Source: a bacterium
Lineage (GTDB): Bacteria; JADJOY01
NCBI GenBank assembly: GCA_046331705.1
Contig: JAXLQJ010000028.1
Coordinates: 62,001 to 95,591 of the forward strand
Direction of reading: 5' to 3'
Length of the DNA stretch: 33,591 nt
Made by a program: the position numbers and the translations under genes. The number at the start of each line of letters is the position of its first letter. The stretch's first letter is position 1. The notes under the pieces are model-generated. The model was not told the origin of the DNA. It made no database searches and was given only the letters and a program-made list of their open reading frames with translations. This document shows positions 1-9,642 of the stretch, piece after piece.

Positions 1-1
1 T

Positions 2-988
2 TGGGGAACCAACGTCGTCCGCAGCCTGGGTTGGGTGCCGGGCGCCGAGCTGGGCTGGGTATGCGATCGCGAGGCGAGCCGTCTGGCGCCGTTCGCCGCG
101 CGCCTGCCCCGCACGCGCTTCACCACCTCGCTCGACGAGCTGCTCGCCGATCCCACGCTCGACGCGTTGCTGGTGGCGATTCACGCACCGGCGCAAGCGG
201 AGGTGGCGATCCGGGCGCTCGGGGCCGGCAAGCACGTGTTCGTCGAGAAGCCCCTCGCCCTGACGCTCGAGGGCGCCGAGCGCGTGGTGGCCGCCGCGGA
301 GCGCGCGGATCGCGTCCTGATGCTCGGCTTGACCTACCGCTACAACCCGCTGGTGGAGGCGGTCGCCCGACTCTTGGGTTCCGGCGCGCTGGGCGAGGTG
401 CGCGCGTGCTTCTCGCAACGCTCGAACCTGACGGTGGAGGATCAGCACACCAACGCCCTGTGGTCGCTGGCGCCCCACGACGTGTCGATCCTGCACCACC
501 TCTTCGGCGAGCCGACACGCGTCGCGGCACGCGGCGGGCGTCACGCCCACGGCAGGCCCGCCGCATCCGCGTGGCTGAGGTTCGATTGGCAGGGCGGCCC
601 GACGGCGTGGGTCTTCGTCAGCCTGGTCGATCCGCCCAAGCGCCGCCTGCTGGTGATCGTCGGCACGGAGCGGGCGCTGATCTTCGACGAGCTGGCGCCG
701 CCCGCCACGCGGCTGCGACTCGTCGACGCAGGCGCGGTGCGCTGGCGCGGCGACGCGAGCATTCCCGCGCTTCCCACCGACCTCGGAACGGCGATCGCGG
801 TGCTCGACGGCGAGCCGCTGGTGCACGAATGCGAGCACTTCGTGGCCTGCGTCCGCGCCGGCAGCGAGCCGCTCACCGGCCGCCGCGCCGCGCTCGACGT
901 GACTCGCATCCTGGAGGCGCTACAGCGGTCGCTCGACGGCCACGGCTGCTTCGTCGATCCGCGCGGCGCTGCCGTCCCCGCCAGCTGA
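2..988 (+). CDS. Gfo/Idh/MocA family oxidoreductase (5' truncated)
   Basis: Frame is open from position 2 (WGTNVVRSL, tail of the GxGxWGxN NAD-binding motif). It has HVFVEKP and LAPHD motifs and a stop TGA at 986-988. The start lies upstream of the window. Confidence 0.9.
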   Translation, partial: WGTNVVRSLGWVPGAELGWVCDREASRLAPFAARLPRTRFTTSLDELLADPTLDALLVAIHAPAQAEVAIRALGAGKHVFVEKPLALTLEGAERVVAAAERADRVLMLGLTYRYNPLVEAVARLLGSGALGEVRACFSQRSNLTVEDQHTNALWSLAPHDVSILHHLFGEPTRVAARGGRHAHGRPAASAWLRFDWQGGPTAWVFVSLVDPPKRRLLVIVGTERALIFDELAPPATRLRLVDAGAVRWRGDASIPALPTDLGTAIAVLDGEPLVHECEHFVACVRAGSEPLTGRRAALDVTRILEALQRSLDGHGCFVDPRGAAVPAS

Positions 989-2959
989 GATCGGGACCGT
1001 CCGTTCCGCCAGCGTCGTCACCGGCAACGGTGGCGCGCCGTCGCCGAGCGCGAGGCGAGCGAAGTGCCGGTTGATCCCGCGGTGCAGGAGCCGGCCGTGG
1101 AGCTCGAACGGCGGCTGCGCGTCGGCGGGGACCGACACCGGCAAGCGCCGCTCGATCCGTCCTCCCGGTGGCACCGTCAGGTCCTCGAGATGACCGGCGG
1201 CGGAGAGGATGTCGTGATCCAGGATCGCGCGCCCTTCCCCGTCGCGAAACACGCGCCGCAAGGCCAGCGAATCCGCCGCGCGCTCGCCCTCGGGCCCGTC
1301 GAAGCCCGAGCGCCAGATCGAGCGGTTCGCGCCATCGCGCACCTCGAGCTCGACCCACGCGTCGTTGAGGTCGAGCGCCCCCGACGGAAATCCGTGACCG
1401 ACGCCGCGACTGCGGATCACCACGTCGAGCTGCAGGCCGGGCGTCGACCCCGGCGCCGTCGCGGGCTCGATTCGGCCGGCGAGCGCCAGCTCGAGGTCGG
1501 CGCTCTTCAGGAACCCGACCAGCGCATCGAGCTGCAGCGCGTCGTTCGCGACCGCGGCGAGGTGCGTGTTCCCGCCGAGGAACCGGTGGCTCGCCTCACG
1601 CGGACCCGGCCGATCCGGGTCCTCCACCTTGGGCATGTGGCACGAGACACAGGGGCGCCGGGTGGCACCGGGCTGGGTGGGCTGGCCGGGCTGGTCGCCG
1701 AACGGACCGCGTCGCCACTCGCCGTACGTGTCCTGCTCGAGCAAGGCGAGCCCATCCGGGCCGTGCAGCTCGAGCGAATGGCATTCGCCGCACAGCGCCG
1801 GATCCGCGTAGCGAGACTCGCCGAGCATGTCCGCCATGTGATCGGGCCGCATGGCGTGGGCGCTGTAGCCCTCCATGGGCGGGCCGACGAAGAAACGCGG
1901 CGGGTCGAAGCGATAGCTGCCGCTGCCGACGTGATCGGGGGTGATCTGCAGGCGATGGCAGGCCAGGCACGAGACACCCTCCTGATCGGCGCTCGGGCCG
2001 AAGAGCGCGTCTGGACGAGTCGCGTAGTAGCCGGTCAACAGCGCCACGGGGTCGTGGCACGACGCGCACAAGCGCGCCGCTTCCCAGCCGTGACGCTCGA
2101 CGGCGATCTCGACGGCCTTGCGGTAGAAGACATTGGCCGAGCGGTGGTGCGCCGAGTGCTGCCACTGCTCCATCACCCGCGGATGGCACGCCGAGTCGCC
2201 GCAGCGCGCCGAGTCTCCCACCAGCGGCGCGGGCACGGTGTGCCCACCCTCGGTCGCCGCTCGGGCAGGTGCGACGGCGAGCGGCGGCATCGCGGCATAC
2301 GTCGCCTGCGGTGTCGGCTCCCACCACAGCCGCGTGTTGAGCCAGTACGTGAGGCCGAACGCCGACGCTCCCAGCATCAGGCCGATCGCAGGCGGAACCC
2401 ACCCCGCGAACCCCACGCGCCGGAAGCGCGGCAGCAGCGCATGGAGAGCCATCGCGGCGAGCGCGGGCACCAAGCACCAGACGTGCCACGTACGCAGCGA
2501 CAGCGGCCCGATGGCGAGCGTCCCGCCGACGATCGCCGGCCAGAACGAGAGCCGCGCCACCGCGAGCGCCGCTTGCCCGGAGACCTGCGCACGTCCCGGT
2601 GCCGCGAGACCCCGACGCACGTGCTGGATGAGGGGCGGCAGCAGCAACAGGATCCAATGCGCGCCGACCATCGCATGGATGACCAGGAACGCGATCGTCG
2701 CGTTGTCGACGGGAGGGCCGAGCCAGCTCGCGAGCCCGCTGCCCACGACCACCACGGCGAAGGCCGCGATCAGCACCGTGAGCAGGTGTCGCCGCCACCG
2801 GCGCCCAGGCCGGTTCAGGAACCACGCGAGACCGAACGCGAGCGGATAGGTGCCGGCGAGGATGCCGTAGCGAAGCGCCAGCCCGAAGCAGACGACGAGC
2901 GCCGCGGCGTCGAGCCACAGGATGGAGCGCAGCAAGCGCCGCGGGGACGGCAGGTTCAT
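920..2959 (-). CDS. Membrane-anchored multiheme cytochrome c (c554-like, 5 heme motifs), paralog 1
   Basis: Hydrophobic N-terminal helices, then CGDSACH, CASCH, CLACH, CGECH and CVSCHMP. C-terminal GHGFPSGALD..W.EL.V.D segment. Confidence 0.88.
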   Translation of the reverse strand: MNLPSPRRLLRSILWLDAAALVVCFGLALRYGILAGTYPLAFGLAWFLNRPGRRWRRHLLTVLIAAFAVVVVGSGLASWLGPPVDNATIAFLVIHAMVGAHWILLLLPPLIQHVRRGLAAPGRAQVSGQAALAVARLSFWPAIVGGTLAIGPLSLRTWHVWCLVPALAAMALHALLPRFRRVGFAGWVPPAIGLMLGASAFGLTYWLNTRLWWEPTPQATYAAMPPLAVAPARAATEGGHTVPAPLVGDSARCGDSACHPRVMEQWQHSAHHRSANVFYRKAVEIAVERHGWEAARLCASCHDPVALLTGYYATRPDALFGPSADQEGVSCLACHRLQITPDHVGSGSYRFDPPRFFVGPPMEGYSAHAMRPDHMADMLGESRYADPALCGECHSLELHGPDGLALLEQDTYGEWRRGPFGDQPGQPTQPGATRRPCVSCHMPKVEDPDRPGPREASHRFLGGNTHLAAVANDALQLDALVGFLKSADLELALAGRIEPATAPGSTPGLQLDVVIRSRGVGHGFPSGALDLNDAWVELEVRDGANRSIWRSGFDGPEGERAADSLALRRVFRDGEGRAILDHDILSAAGHLEDLTVPPGGRIERRLPVSVPADAQPPFELHGRLLHRGINRHFARLALGDGAPPLPVTTLAERTVPISAGGDGSAARIDEAAVAVERPL

Positions 2960-2996
2960 TCGCTCGAGTGGCGGCGATCGCGGCGAGGGCGCGCGG

Positions 2997-3003
2997 TATC
3001 ATA
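2997..3003. promoter_or_regulatory. Overlapping divergent sigma70-type -10 hexamers (TATCAT on +, TATGAT on -)
   Basis: Only AT-rich patch in the 93-bp divergent gap 2960-3052. No clear -35 elements. Confidence 0.4.
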
Positions 3004-3052
3004 GCTGGCTCGCGCCTTTCCCCCCCGCCGCGCCGCCGTCCGACTTCGCCTC

Positions 3053-5281
3053 GTGGACCCCGTCCCGACCGGTTCCGGCCTACCGCGGCTCTCGCTTCGC
3101 GCGTTGCTGGCGACGGCCTGCGCGGTGGTGGCGCTGATCGTCGCCAGCGTCCACCACGAGCCACCCGTGCTCGCGGAATCGTTCGAGTACGCCGAGCTGG
3201 CGCGCAATTGGCTGGAAAGCGGCGAGCTCCGCGAGGACCACTATCGCGATTGGTTTCCGGCGACGCGTGCGCTCGGCCTGCCGCACCCGGCGGGTCAGCG
3301 CGCCAACGCGTACGTGCTGGTGGTCATGCCGTTCGTGGCGCTCTTCGGCGCCTCCACGGCGGCCGTGGTGATCCCGGGGATCCTCGGCCACCTCTTCCTC
3401 GCGTGGAGCTCGCTGCGCTTCGCGCGCACGCTCTTCGACGAAGGGGTGGCGCGCTGGACCGCGCTCGCGATGCTGGTCCATCCACGCCTCGTCTACACGG
3501 CCGCATCCGAGCCGCACCCGGCGGCGGCGGCGACGGCGTTCGCGCTGCTCGCGCTCGCGGCCTTCGCGCGCCGCCGCTACCTCGCCGCAGGCGCGTGCGC
3601 CGCGCTCGGCTGGCTCTTTCACGCCGCCGCCGCGCTGGTGCTGCCGGTCTTCCCGCTCTGGATCGTGCTTCGCGACCGCGCGGCGCTCGGCCGCCGCGAG
3701 CTCTGGGTGGGCGCGCTCGCCGGCCTCGCGATCTTGAGCCCGATGCTGGTTCGCAACGCGTGGCTCTTCGGCAATCCGCTCGCCATGGAGAGCCACGGCG
3801 AGGTGGCGAGCTACACCGCCGAACAGCGCAACACCTGGACGCGCCTCGAGCAGCTCTATCGCTACACGCGCGACGCTCCGAGCGCGCCCGCGGGTATCGC
3901 CGTTCGCGCCCGCGCGCAGCTCGCCAACTTCCGGCACGCGCTCGCCGGCGAGGGCGCGATCGATTGGTATCCGGGGCTCTTCGAGCTGATCGGTCTGGCG
4001 GTGGTCCCGTTCGCGGCGTGGGGCGCGTGGCGCGCGCGACACCGCCACGAGGTCCAGCTGTTGCTGCTCGCCTCGGCCGTGCTGCTCGCCACCTACGCGG
4101 CGCTCACCCAGGGACACGAGGATCGCTATCTCTTCCCGCTGCTGCCGATCGCCCTCGCGCTCGCCCTCGACGCCTTGTCGCGACGTCCATCGCGATCGTT
4201 CGCTTCCGCTGTGCTCGCGCTCGTCTTGCTGGGGGAGATCGTCCCCGCGACCTGGCCGATGCTGCAGGACGTGGTGAGCGGCGATTCACGGCCCCGGCGC
4301 ATGGCGGCCGAGCTCGCCCGCGCCGAGCAGTGGCTCGCGGACACGACTCCCGCAGGCGGTCGCATCCTGTCGTTTCCCTCGTTCTCGACCGCCTACTTCA
4401 CGCGCCGGCGGGTGATCCCCTTTCCCGCCGGCGGCAGCGACGAGCTGCGCCAGGTGGTGCGCGAGCACACGCCGGACACGTTTCTCTACGTGCGGCTCTT
4501 CGGCGATCAGCCGTCGCCCCGCGCGGATTATCTGCGAGCGGTGGCCACCGGCGAGTTCGTCACCGTGGGCATCGTCGATCGAAACGCGCCCGGGCTCGCG
4601 GGCGCCGATTGGTCCACGTCCTGGAGCGAGCGCGAACCGCTGCTGGCCGCGTTCTCGCGGGTGAGCCCCATCATCCCGTTCGTGCGACGCCCGCTGTGGG
4701 GCTACTGGACCGCCTACCTGCCGCATCCCGCGTTCGCGGTGCTCGCGTACGGGGCGGCGGCGTGCGCGTTCGTGTGGGTCTGGGCTCGCGCGCGCTGGCG
4801 CGGCCGCGCGGGGCTCGTGGCGTTCTCGCTGGTCGCGACGTTCGCCTCGCGCATGGGTGCGCTGGCCGCGAACCCGGCGCGCGCGGCGATGGAGCAGCGC
4901 CACCCGGTCGCGACCGAATCGCTGCGCGCGCTGCTCGCGAGCAACGCCACCCCGCTGCCGCCGCTGGTGCTCGCATCGACGGGCGATGCGTCGCTCGACG
5001 CCGACTACGCCCGCGAGATCGCGGCCGCCATCGGCGTCGCGCCCGAGCCCAGCGCCGAGGTGAGCCTCGAGCGGCGGCCGGAGGCGGCGATCGCCGTGCC
5101 GCTGCCCGAGCCGCGCGAACCCCTCGTCGACGCGGCCGCCTTCGCCGCAAGCGAGGCGCGCTGGCGCGCGATCGAGCAGCGCTCCCGTGCGCTCGATCGG
5201 CTCGCCCTCGCCGCGGGCCGCCGCTCGGCGTGGCTGGGCGGGCTCTGGATCGCGCTTCCCGCCGGGCGCACCGCGCCGTGA
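3053..5281 (+). CDS. ArnT/PMT-like GT-C fold membrane glycosyltransferase (GT39/83-like) with C-terminal extension
   Basis: Polytopic. ESFEYAELARN first-loop motif, PMLVRNAWLFGNP and HEDRYLFPLLP (RYLxP), followed by a soluble domain. Confidence 0.75.
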   Translation: MDPVPTGSGLPRLSLRALLATACAVVALIVASVHHEPPVLAESFEYAELARNWLESGELREDHYRDWFPATRALGLPHPAGQRANAYVLVVMPFVALFGASTAAVVIPGILGHLFLAWSSLRFARTLFDEGVARWTALAMLVHPRLVYTAASEPHPAAAATAFALLALAAFARRRYLAAGACAALGWLFHAAAALVLPVFPLWIVLRDRAALGRRELWVGALAGLAILSPMLVRNAWLFGNPLAMESHGEVASYTAEQRNTWTRLEQLYRYTRDAPSAPAGIAVRARAQLANFRHALAGEGAIDWYPGLFELIGLAVVPFAAWGAWRARHRHEVQLLLLASAVLLATYAALTQGHEDRYLFPLLPIALALALDALSRRPSRSFASAVLALVLLGEIVPATWPMLQDVVSGDSRPRRMAAELARAEQWLADTTPAGGRILSFPSFSTAYFTRRRVIPFPAGGSDELRQVVREHTPDTFLYVRLFGDQPSPRADYLRAVATGEFVTVGIVDRNAPGLAGADWSTSWSEREPLLAAFSRVSPIIPFVRRPLWGYWTAYLPHPAFAVLAYGAAACAFVWVWARARWRGRAGLVAFSLVATFASRMGALAANPARAAMEQRHPVATESLRALLASNATPLPPLVLASTGDASLDADYAREIAAAIGVAPEPSAEVSLERRPEAAIAVPLPEPREPLVDAAAFAASEARWRAIEQRSRALDRLALAAGRRSAWLGGLWIALPAGRTAP

Positions 5282-5320
5282 CGCTTGGGTCCCGCTGCCA
5301 CGCGCGTCGCGAGGAACGGA

Positions 5321-6052
5321 TCAGCGCGACGGAAACCGCAGCTTCACGAGCTCGACCAGGATGCGCGGGACTCGCGCGTAGAGCGTCGCGCGCGCGCTGG
5401 TGCCGAACGCACGCGCACGGACGTCGATGGGCACGCCGCACACCCGCGCGCCGTCTCGCTCGACGCTCACCGCCAGCTCGGTCATGAGCACGGGCGTGCG
5501 CGAGCGCAGCGAGAGGCGGCGCACGATCTCGCGCCGCACCAGCAAGCAGGGACCGAGGCGCCACCACGAGCGGCGGCCGAAGAGCGCCGCGACAGCGAGG
5601 TGATAGGCCGTCGAGCTGGCGCGCGCCGGCGAGCCAGCGGCGGGCACGCCCACGACCAGGCCCACCTCGGCCTCGCCGGGCGCGCGCGCGGCGGCGAGCA
5701 GCGCGTCGAGGCAGGCGGGGTCGACCTGTCCGTCCGCCGGCATCAGGAAGATCCACTCGCCGCGGGCATTCGCGAAGCACGCGCGCTGCACCTCGGCGTA
5801 GCCGCGGTTCTCCGGGTGGTGGATCACGCGCACCGACGGGTCGCCGTGCGCCAGGCGATCGGCCAGCGCACCGCTGCCGTCACGGCTGCCATCGTCGACG
5901 ATCAGCACCTCGCCGCGCGCGCCGGGTGCGAGCCGCGCGAGCACCGCCAGCGCGCGCGTCACCACCTCCGCGAGCGTCGCGATCTCGTCGTGTACCGGGA
6001 GCGCGATCGTGAGCGCGGGCGACGCGAGCGCCGTGTGGACGGCGGGATTCAC
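5321..6052 (-). CDS. GT2 glycosyltransferase (polyprenol-phosphate glycosyltransferase-like)
   Basis: IALPVHDE, IVDDGSRDGS, NRGY and FLMPADGQ motifs. GTG at 6052 overlaps the upstream TGA (GTGA). Confidence 0.88.
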   Translation of the reverse strand: MNPAVHTALASPALTIALPVHDEIATLAEVVTRALAVLARLAPGARGEVLIVDDGSRDGSGALADRLAHGDPSVRVIHHPENRGYAEVQRACFANARGEWIFLMPADGQVDPACLDALLAAARAPGEAEVGLVVGVPAAGSPARASSTAYHLAVAALFGRRSWWRLGPCLLVRREIVRRLSLRSRTPVLMTELAVSVERDGARVCGVPIDVRARAFGTSARATLYARVPRILVELVKLRFPSR

Positions 6053-7035
6053 GTGTGCCAATTCCGGTCGCTCACGACCAGCGCATGCGCGAGCGGCTCG
6101 AGCGCTGCCCAGGTGCGCGCGAGCCCGTCCGCGAACGCGACGCTGGGATGCCAGCCGAGGAGGCGGCGGGTCGCGCTCGCATCGGCGCGCTGCCGTCGCA
6201 GGTCGCCGGGGCGCGCCGGCAGATGCTGCACGCGCAGCTCGCGACCCACGATCCCGGCGATCGCGCGAGCCACGGCGAGAACGCTCACCTCCTCCGCGCT
6301 CGCGATGAGCCCGATCCCGCGATTCGCAGCCGGATGCTCGGCGGCGCGCGCGATCGCGTCCACGGTGTCGGTGACGAACGTGAACGTCCGTGTTTGCTGC
6401 CCGTCACCGAAGATCGGCAAGCGCTCGCCACGCGCAGCGCGCACCAGCCAGCGCGGGATCAGCTCGCCGGCGTCGCCCTCCACGTGAGCGCGCGGTCCGT
6501 AGGCGTTGAAGGGCCGTAGAATCACCGCGTCCAGCGCTCCCGCGTCGCGAAGCGCGGCCACGTGGCGCTCGCCTTCGAGCTTGGTCGAGCCGTAGGCGGT
6601 GAGCGGCTCGGTCGGGCTGGTCTCGCACAGCGCGACCTCGCTCGAGCCGTAGACCTCCGAGGTGGACACGTGCACGAAGCGGCCGCGGCGGCCCGCCCAC
6701 GCCGCGGCCACCGTGCGCGTTCCGACGACGTTGACGCGCGCCGCTTCGTGCGGGTCGGAGAGGCTGCGCCGCAGGTTGCGCGTCGCGAGGTGGAAGAGCG
6801 TCGCGTCGGCGGGAACGCGCGCCAGCTCGCCCGCGACCCAGCGCGCGTCGCACACGTCGCCCACCGCGAGGCGCACGTTGCCGCTGGCGAGCGCTCGGCG
6901 AAGATTGTCGGCGCAACCCGTCGAGAGATCGTCCAGCACCAGCACCCGCCCGCGCGACGCGAGCACGTCGACGAGGTGGCTGCCGATGAACCCGGCGCCA
7001 CCCGTCACCACGAACTCGGCCGCGGTCCCGCTCAT
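6049..7035 (-). CDS. NAD-dependent nucleotide-sugar epimerase/dehydratase
   Basis: TGGAGFIGSHL, STSEVYG, YGSTK, RPFNAYGP and GDGQQTRTF motifs. ATG at 7035 overlaps the SDR stop (ATGA). The 599-aa ORF in the track is over-extended at its 5' end. Confidence 0.93.
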   Translation of the reverse strand: MSGTAAEFVVTGGAGFIGSHLVDVLASRGRVLVLDDLSTGCADNLRRALASGNVRLAVGDVCDARWVAGELARVPADATLFHLATRNLRRSLSDPHEAARVNVVGTRTVAAAWAGRRGRFVHVSTSEVYGSSEVALCETSPTEPLTAYGSTKLEGERHVAALRDAGALDAVILRPFNAYGPRAHVEGDAGELIPRWLVRAARGERLPIFGDGQQTRTFTFVTDTVDAIARAAEHPAANRGIGLIASAEEVSVLAVARAIAGIVGRELRVQHLPARPGDLRRQRADASATRRLLGWHPSVAFADGLARTWAALEPLAHALVVSDRNWHT

Positions 7036-7871
7036 CGCTCGCGCACCGGGCGCGGCGCCGCGAGGCCCCCGGTCCCACGCCGCATGAGCGCGATCGCGAG
7101 GCCGAGCGGCAGCAGTCGCGCGCCCGCGACCAGCAGCCGGTTGAGGATTCCCGGAATCACCACCGTGCGTCCGTGCATCACGCCGCGGTAGCCCGCCCGC
7201 GCGACGTCCTCGGGCGCAGACCAGAGCCAGCCGGGAATGCGCGCGACCGCGGCCTGCATGCCCGCGACGGCGAAGATCTCGGTGCGCGTGAAGCCGGGAC
7301 AGACCGCGGTCACGTTCACGCCGGTACCGCGACTCTCGGTGGCGACGGCGATCGCGAACTGCACCAGGAACGACTTGATCGCGCTGGAGAGCGTATGACC
7401 TGCGGCGCCCGGCAAGAACGCCGACACGGACGCGACCTGGACGATGCGCCCCCAGCCGCGTGACACCATCCCCGGCAACAGCCGATGCGTGAGCTCGGCG
7501 TAGCCGCCGAGGGTGAGGTCGAGCAGGCGCCGCTGCTCGTCCCACGCGGTGGCCGCGTAGGCGCCGGGCAGCGAGCGGCCGGCGGCGTTCACCAGCGCGT
7601 CGATCGTCAGGCCGCGGTCCGCGAGCTCGCGCTGCACTCGCGCTGGGCTGCCGGGCTCGGCCAGATCGAGGGCGAGGGTGTGCGCGCGCACGCCGTGGGC
7701 GGCGGCGAGGGCGGCAGCGAGCTCGTCGAGCCGAGCGGCGCGGCGCGCGCACAGCACCACGTCGAAGCCGTGGGCGGCGAACTCGCCCGCGAACGCGCGA
7801 CCGATCCCGGAGGATGCACCGGTGACGAGCACGGTTCGCCCGCGCCACTCGGCGGACTCTCGCCTGGTCAT
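7032..7871 (-). CDS. Short-chain dehydrogenase/reductase (classical SDR), YxxxK replaced by SxxxK
   Basis: TGASSGIG, LVNAAG, VASVSA, HTLSSAIK and VCPGFTRTE motifs. Confidence 0.9.
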   Translation of the reverse strand: MTRRESAEWRGRTVLVTGASSGIGRAFAGEFAAHGFDVVLCARRAARLDELAAALAAAHGVRAHTLALDLAEPGSPARVQRELADRGLTIDALVNAAGRSLPGAYAATAWDEQRRLLDLTLGGYAELTHRLLPGMVSRGWGRIVQVASVSAFLPGAAGHTLSSAIKSFLVQFAIAVATESRGTGVNVTAVCPGFTRTEIFAVAGMQAAVARIPGWLWSAPEDVARAGYRGVMHGRTVVIPGILNRLLVAGARLLPLGLAIALMRRGTGGLAAPRPVRER

Positions 7872-7904
7872 CGCGCTGGACCGGTCCGTCGCCGCGTCAC
7901 GTCG

Positions 7905-9599
7905 TCACTTCGTCAGGATGCAGGGACCGAGGACGAGCACGTCGAGGCCGGATGCGAAGAACGTGCGCACCGCGTCGGCCGGCGTGCACACGATCGGCTC
8001 GCCCGAGACGTTGAAGCTGGTGTTGAGCGCCACCGGCACGCCGACCCGCGGCTCGAGCGCGGTGAGCACGGCGTGGAACTCGGGGTTGCTGGCGTGCGCC
8101 ACGGTCTGCACGCGCGCCGAGCCGTCGACGTGCGTGACCGCCGCCAGCGCCGCGCGGTGCCGCGGGCGAGCGTGAGCGATCCGCTCCATGAACGGCGACG
8201 GGAAGCGACCGGCGAAGAGCTCGGCGGCGCGCTCCGCGACGACGGCGGGCGCGAATGGCTGGAACTCCTCGCGCGGCTTGACGGTGGCGCGCAGCCGCGC
8301 CGCCACGTCGGCGCGCCCCGGATGGGCCAGGATCGATCGCGCGCCGAGCGCCCGGTCCCCGAATTCCATCCGTCCCTGGAACCAGCCCACCAGCTTGCCG
8401 GCGGCGATCGACTCCGCGGTGGCCGCTGCCAGATCGTCGACCTCGCGCCAGGCGAGGCCGAAGCGCGCGAGCTCGGCGCGGATCCGGTCGGCGGCATACG
8501 CGGGGCCGTGGTAGGCGTGCGTGAGCGGCTCGATGGCGCACTCACCGAGCTCGCGCGCCACCGCCAGCGCGGCGCCCACGGATCCCCCGGAATCGTCCGG
8601 CATCGCGGGCACGTAGAGTCGATCGATCGGCAATCGCTCGGCGAGCTTGCCGTTCAGGACGCAGTTCAGCGCGACGCCGCCGGCGAGGCAGAGATCGTGG
8701 GCCCCCGTCTGGGCGAGCAGCCGGCGCGCCAGCTCGAGCACGACCTCCTCGAGGGTACGCTGGGCGGCGGCCGCCACGTCGAAGAAGCGCTGGTCGCGCT
8801 GGCTCGGGTCGCGACCGTAGCTCGGCCCCAAGAGCGCGACGAGCTCGGGGGAGAAGAGCGCCGGCGTGTGGAAGAGGTAGTGCTCGAAAGGCGCGAGGTC
8901 CATCGCGAACGAGAACCCCTCGCCGAGCCGGACCAGCGAGCGGATGCGCGGCAACAACACCTCGGGATCGCCGAGCGCCGCCGCCGCCATCACCTTCCAC
9001 TCCTCGTCGAACGGCTTGAAGCCGAGGTACGCGGTGAGCGCGGCGTAGAAGCAGCCGAGCGAGTGCGGAAAGCGAACCGCCCCGATACGTCGCAGCCCGT
9101 CCGACGCCGCCGCGTAGCCGACCGTCGAGTCTTGCTCGCCGAACGCGTCGAGCGTGAGCACCGCGGCGTGCGCGAATCCCGAGCCGTGATACGCGAGCGC
9201 GGCGTGGGCATCGTGGTGGGTGACGTAGTGGATGCGCCGCTCGCCAGCGGCGCCGCGGCCGGCGAGCACACTCGTGCCGTCCACCCGAAACGGCGCGCGC
9301 GAGGCGAGGAACGCGGGATAGGCGTAGAGCAGCTCACCGCGAAAGCGGGCGCGCTCCGCGTAGGCGGGTCCCGCCGCGTCCAGGTAGAGGAGCGGGTTCA
9401 CCGGCGCGGCGACCGCGTCGAAGTCGTCGACGGCGAGCCCGCTCGCCTCCAGGCAATAGCTCAGCGCGCCTGCCGGGAAGCGCCGCGTGGCACGCTCGCG
9501 ATTGAAGCGCTCCTCGCGAGCCGCAGCGACGACGCGGCCGTCGACCACCGCGGCAGCGGACGTGTTCCAGTCGTTGAGACAGAGCCCCAGGATCTTCAT
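7905..9599 (-). CDS. CmcH/NodU/TobZ-family carbamoyltransferase, paralog 1
   Basis: MKILGL..., EERFNR, HHDAHA, LAGGVALNC, GRMEFGDRALGARSILA, HVDGSARVQTV and LNTSFN motifs. Start ATG 9599 chosen from the family N-terminus. Confidence 0.93.
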   Translation of the reverse strand: MKILGLCLNDWNTSAAAVVDGRVVAAAREERFNRERATRRFPAGALSYCLEASGLAVDDFDAVAAPVNPLLYLDAAGPAYAERARFRGELLYAYPAFLASRAPFRVDGTSVLAGRGAAGERRIHYVTHHDAHAALAYHGSGFAHAAVLTLDAFGEQDSTVGYAAASDGLRRIGAVRFPHSLGCFYAALTAYLGFKPFDEEWKVMAAAALGDPEVLLPRIRSLVRLGEGFSFAMDLAPFEHYLFHTPALFSPELVALLGPSYGRDPSQRDQRFFDVAAAAQRTLEEVVLELARRLLAQTGAHDLCLAGGVALNCVLNGKLAERLPIDRLYVPAMPDDSGGSVGAALAVARELGECAIEPLTHAYHGPAYAADRIRAELARFGLAWREVDDLAAATAESIAAGKLVGWFQGRMEFGDRALGARSILAHPGRADVAARLRATVKPREEFQPFAPAVVAERAAELFAGRFPSPFMERIAHARPRHRAALAAVTHVDGSARVQTVAHASNPEFHAVLTALEPRVGVPVALNTSFNVSGEPIVCTPADAVRTFFASGLDVLVLGPCILTK

Positions 9600-9633
9600 C
9601 GGCGGGACGGGATCCGCATCAACGCGGGCGGTG

Positions 9634-9642
9634 ATGGTACCA
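9634..9642 (-). promoter_or_regulatory. Putative extended -10 promoter (TGgTACCAT) for the leftward operon
   Basis: TGn + TACCAT on the minus strand, about 35 nt upstream of ATG 9599. Confidence 0.35.
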
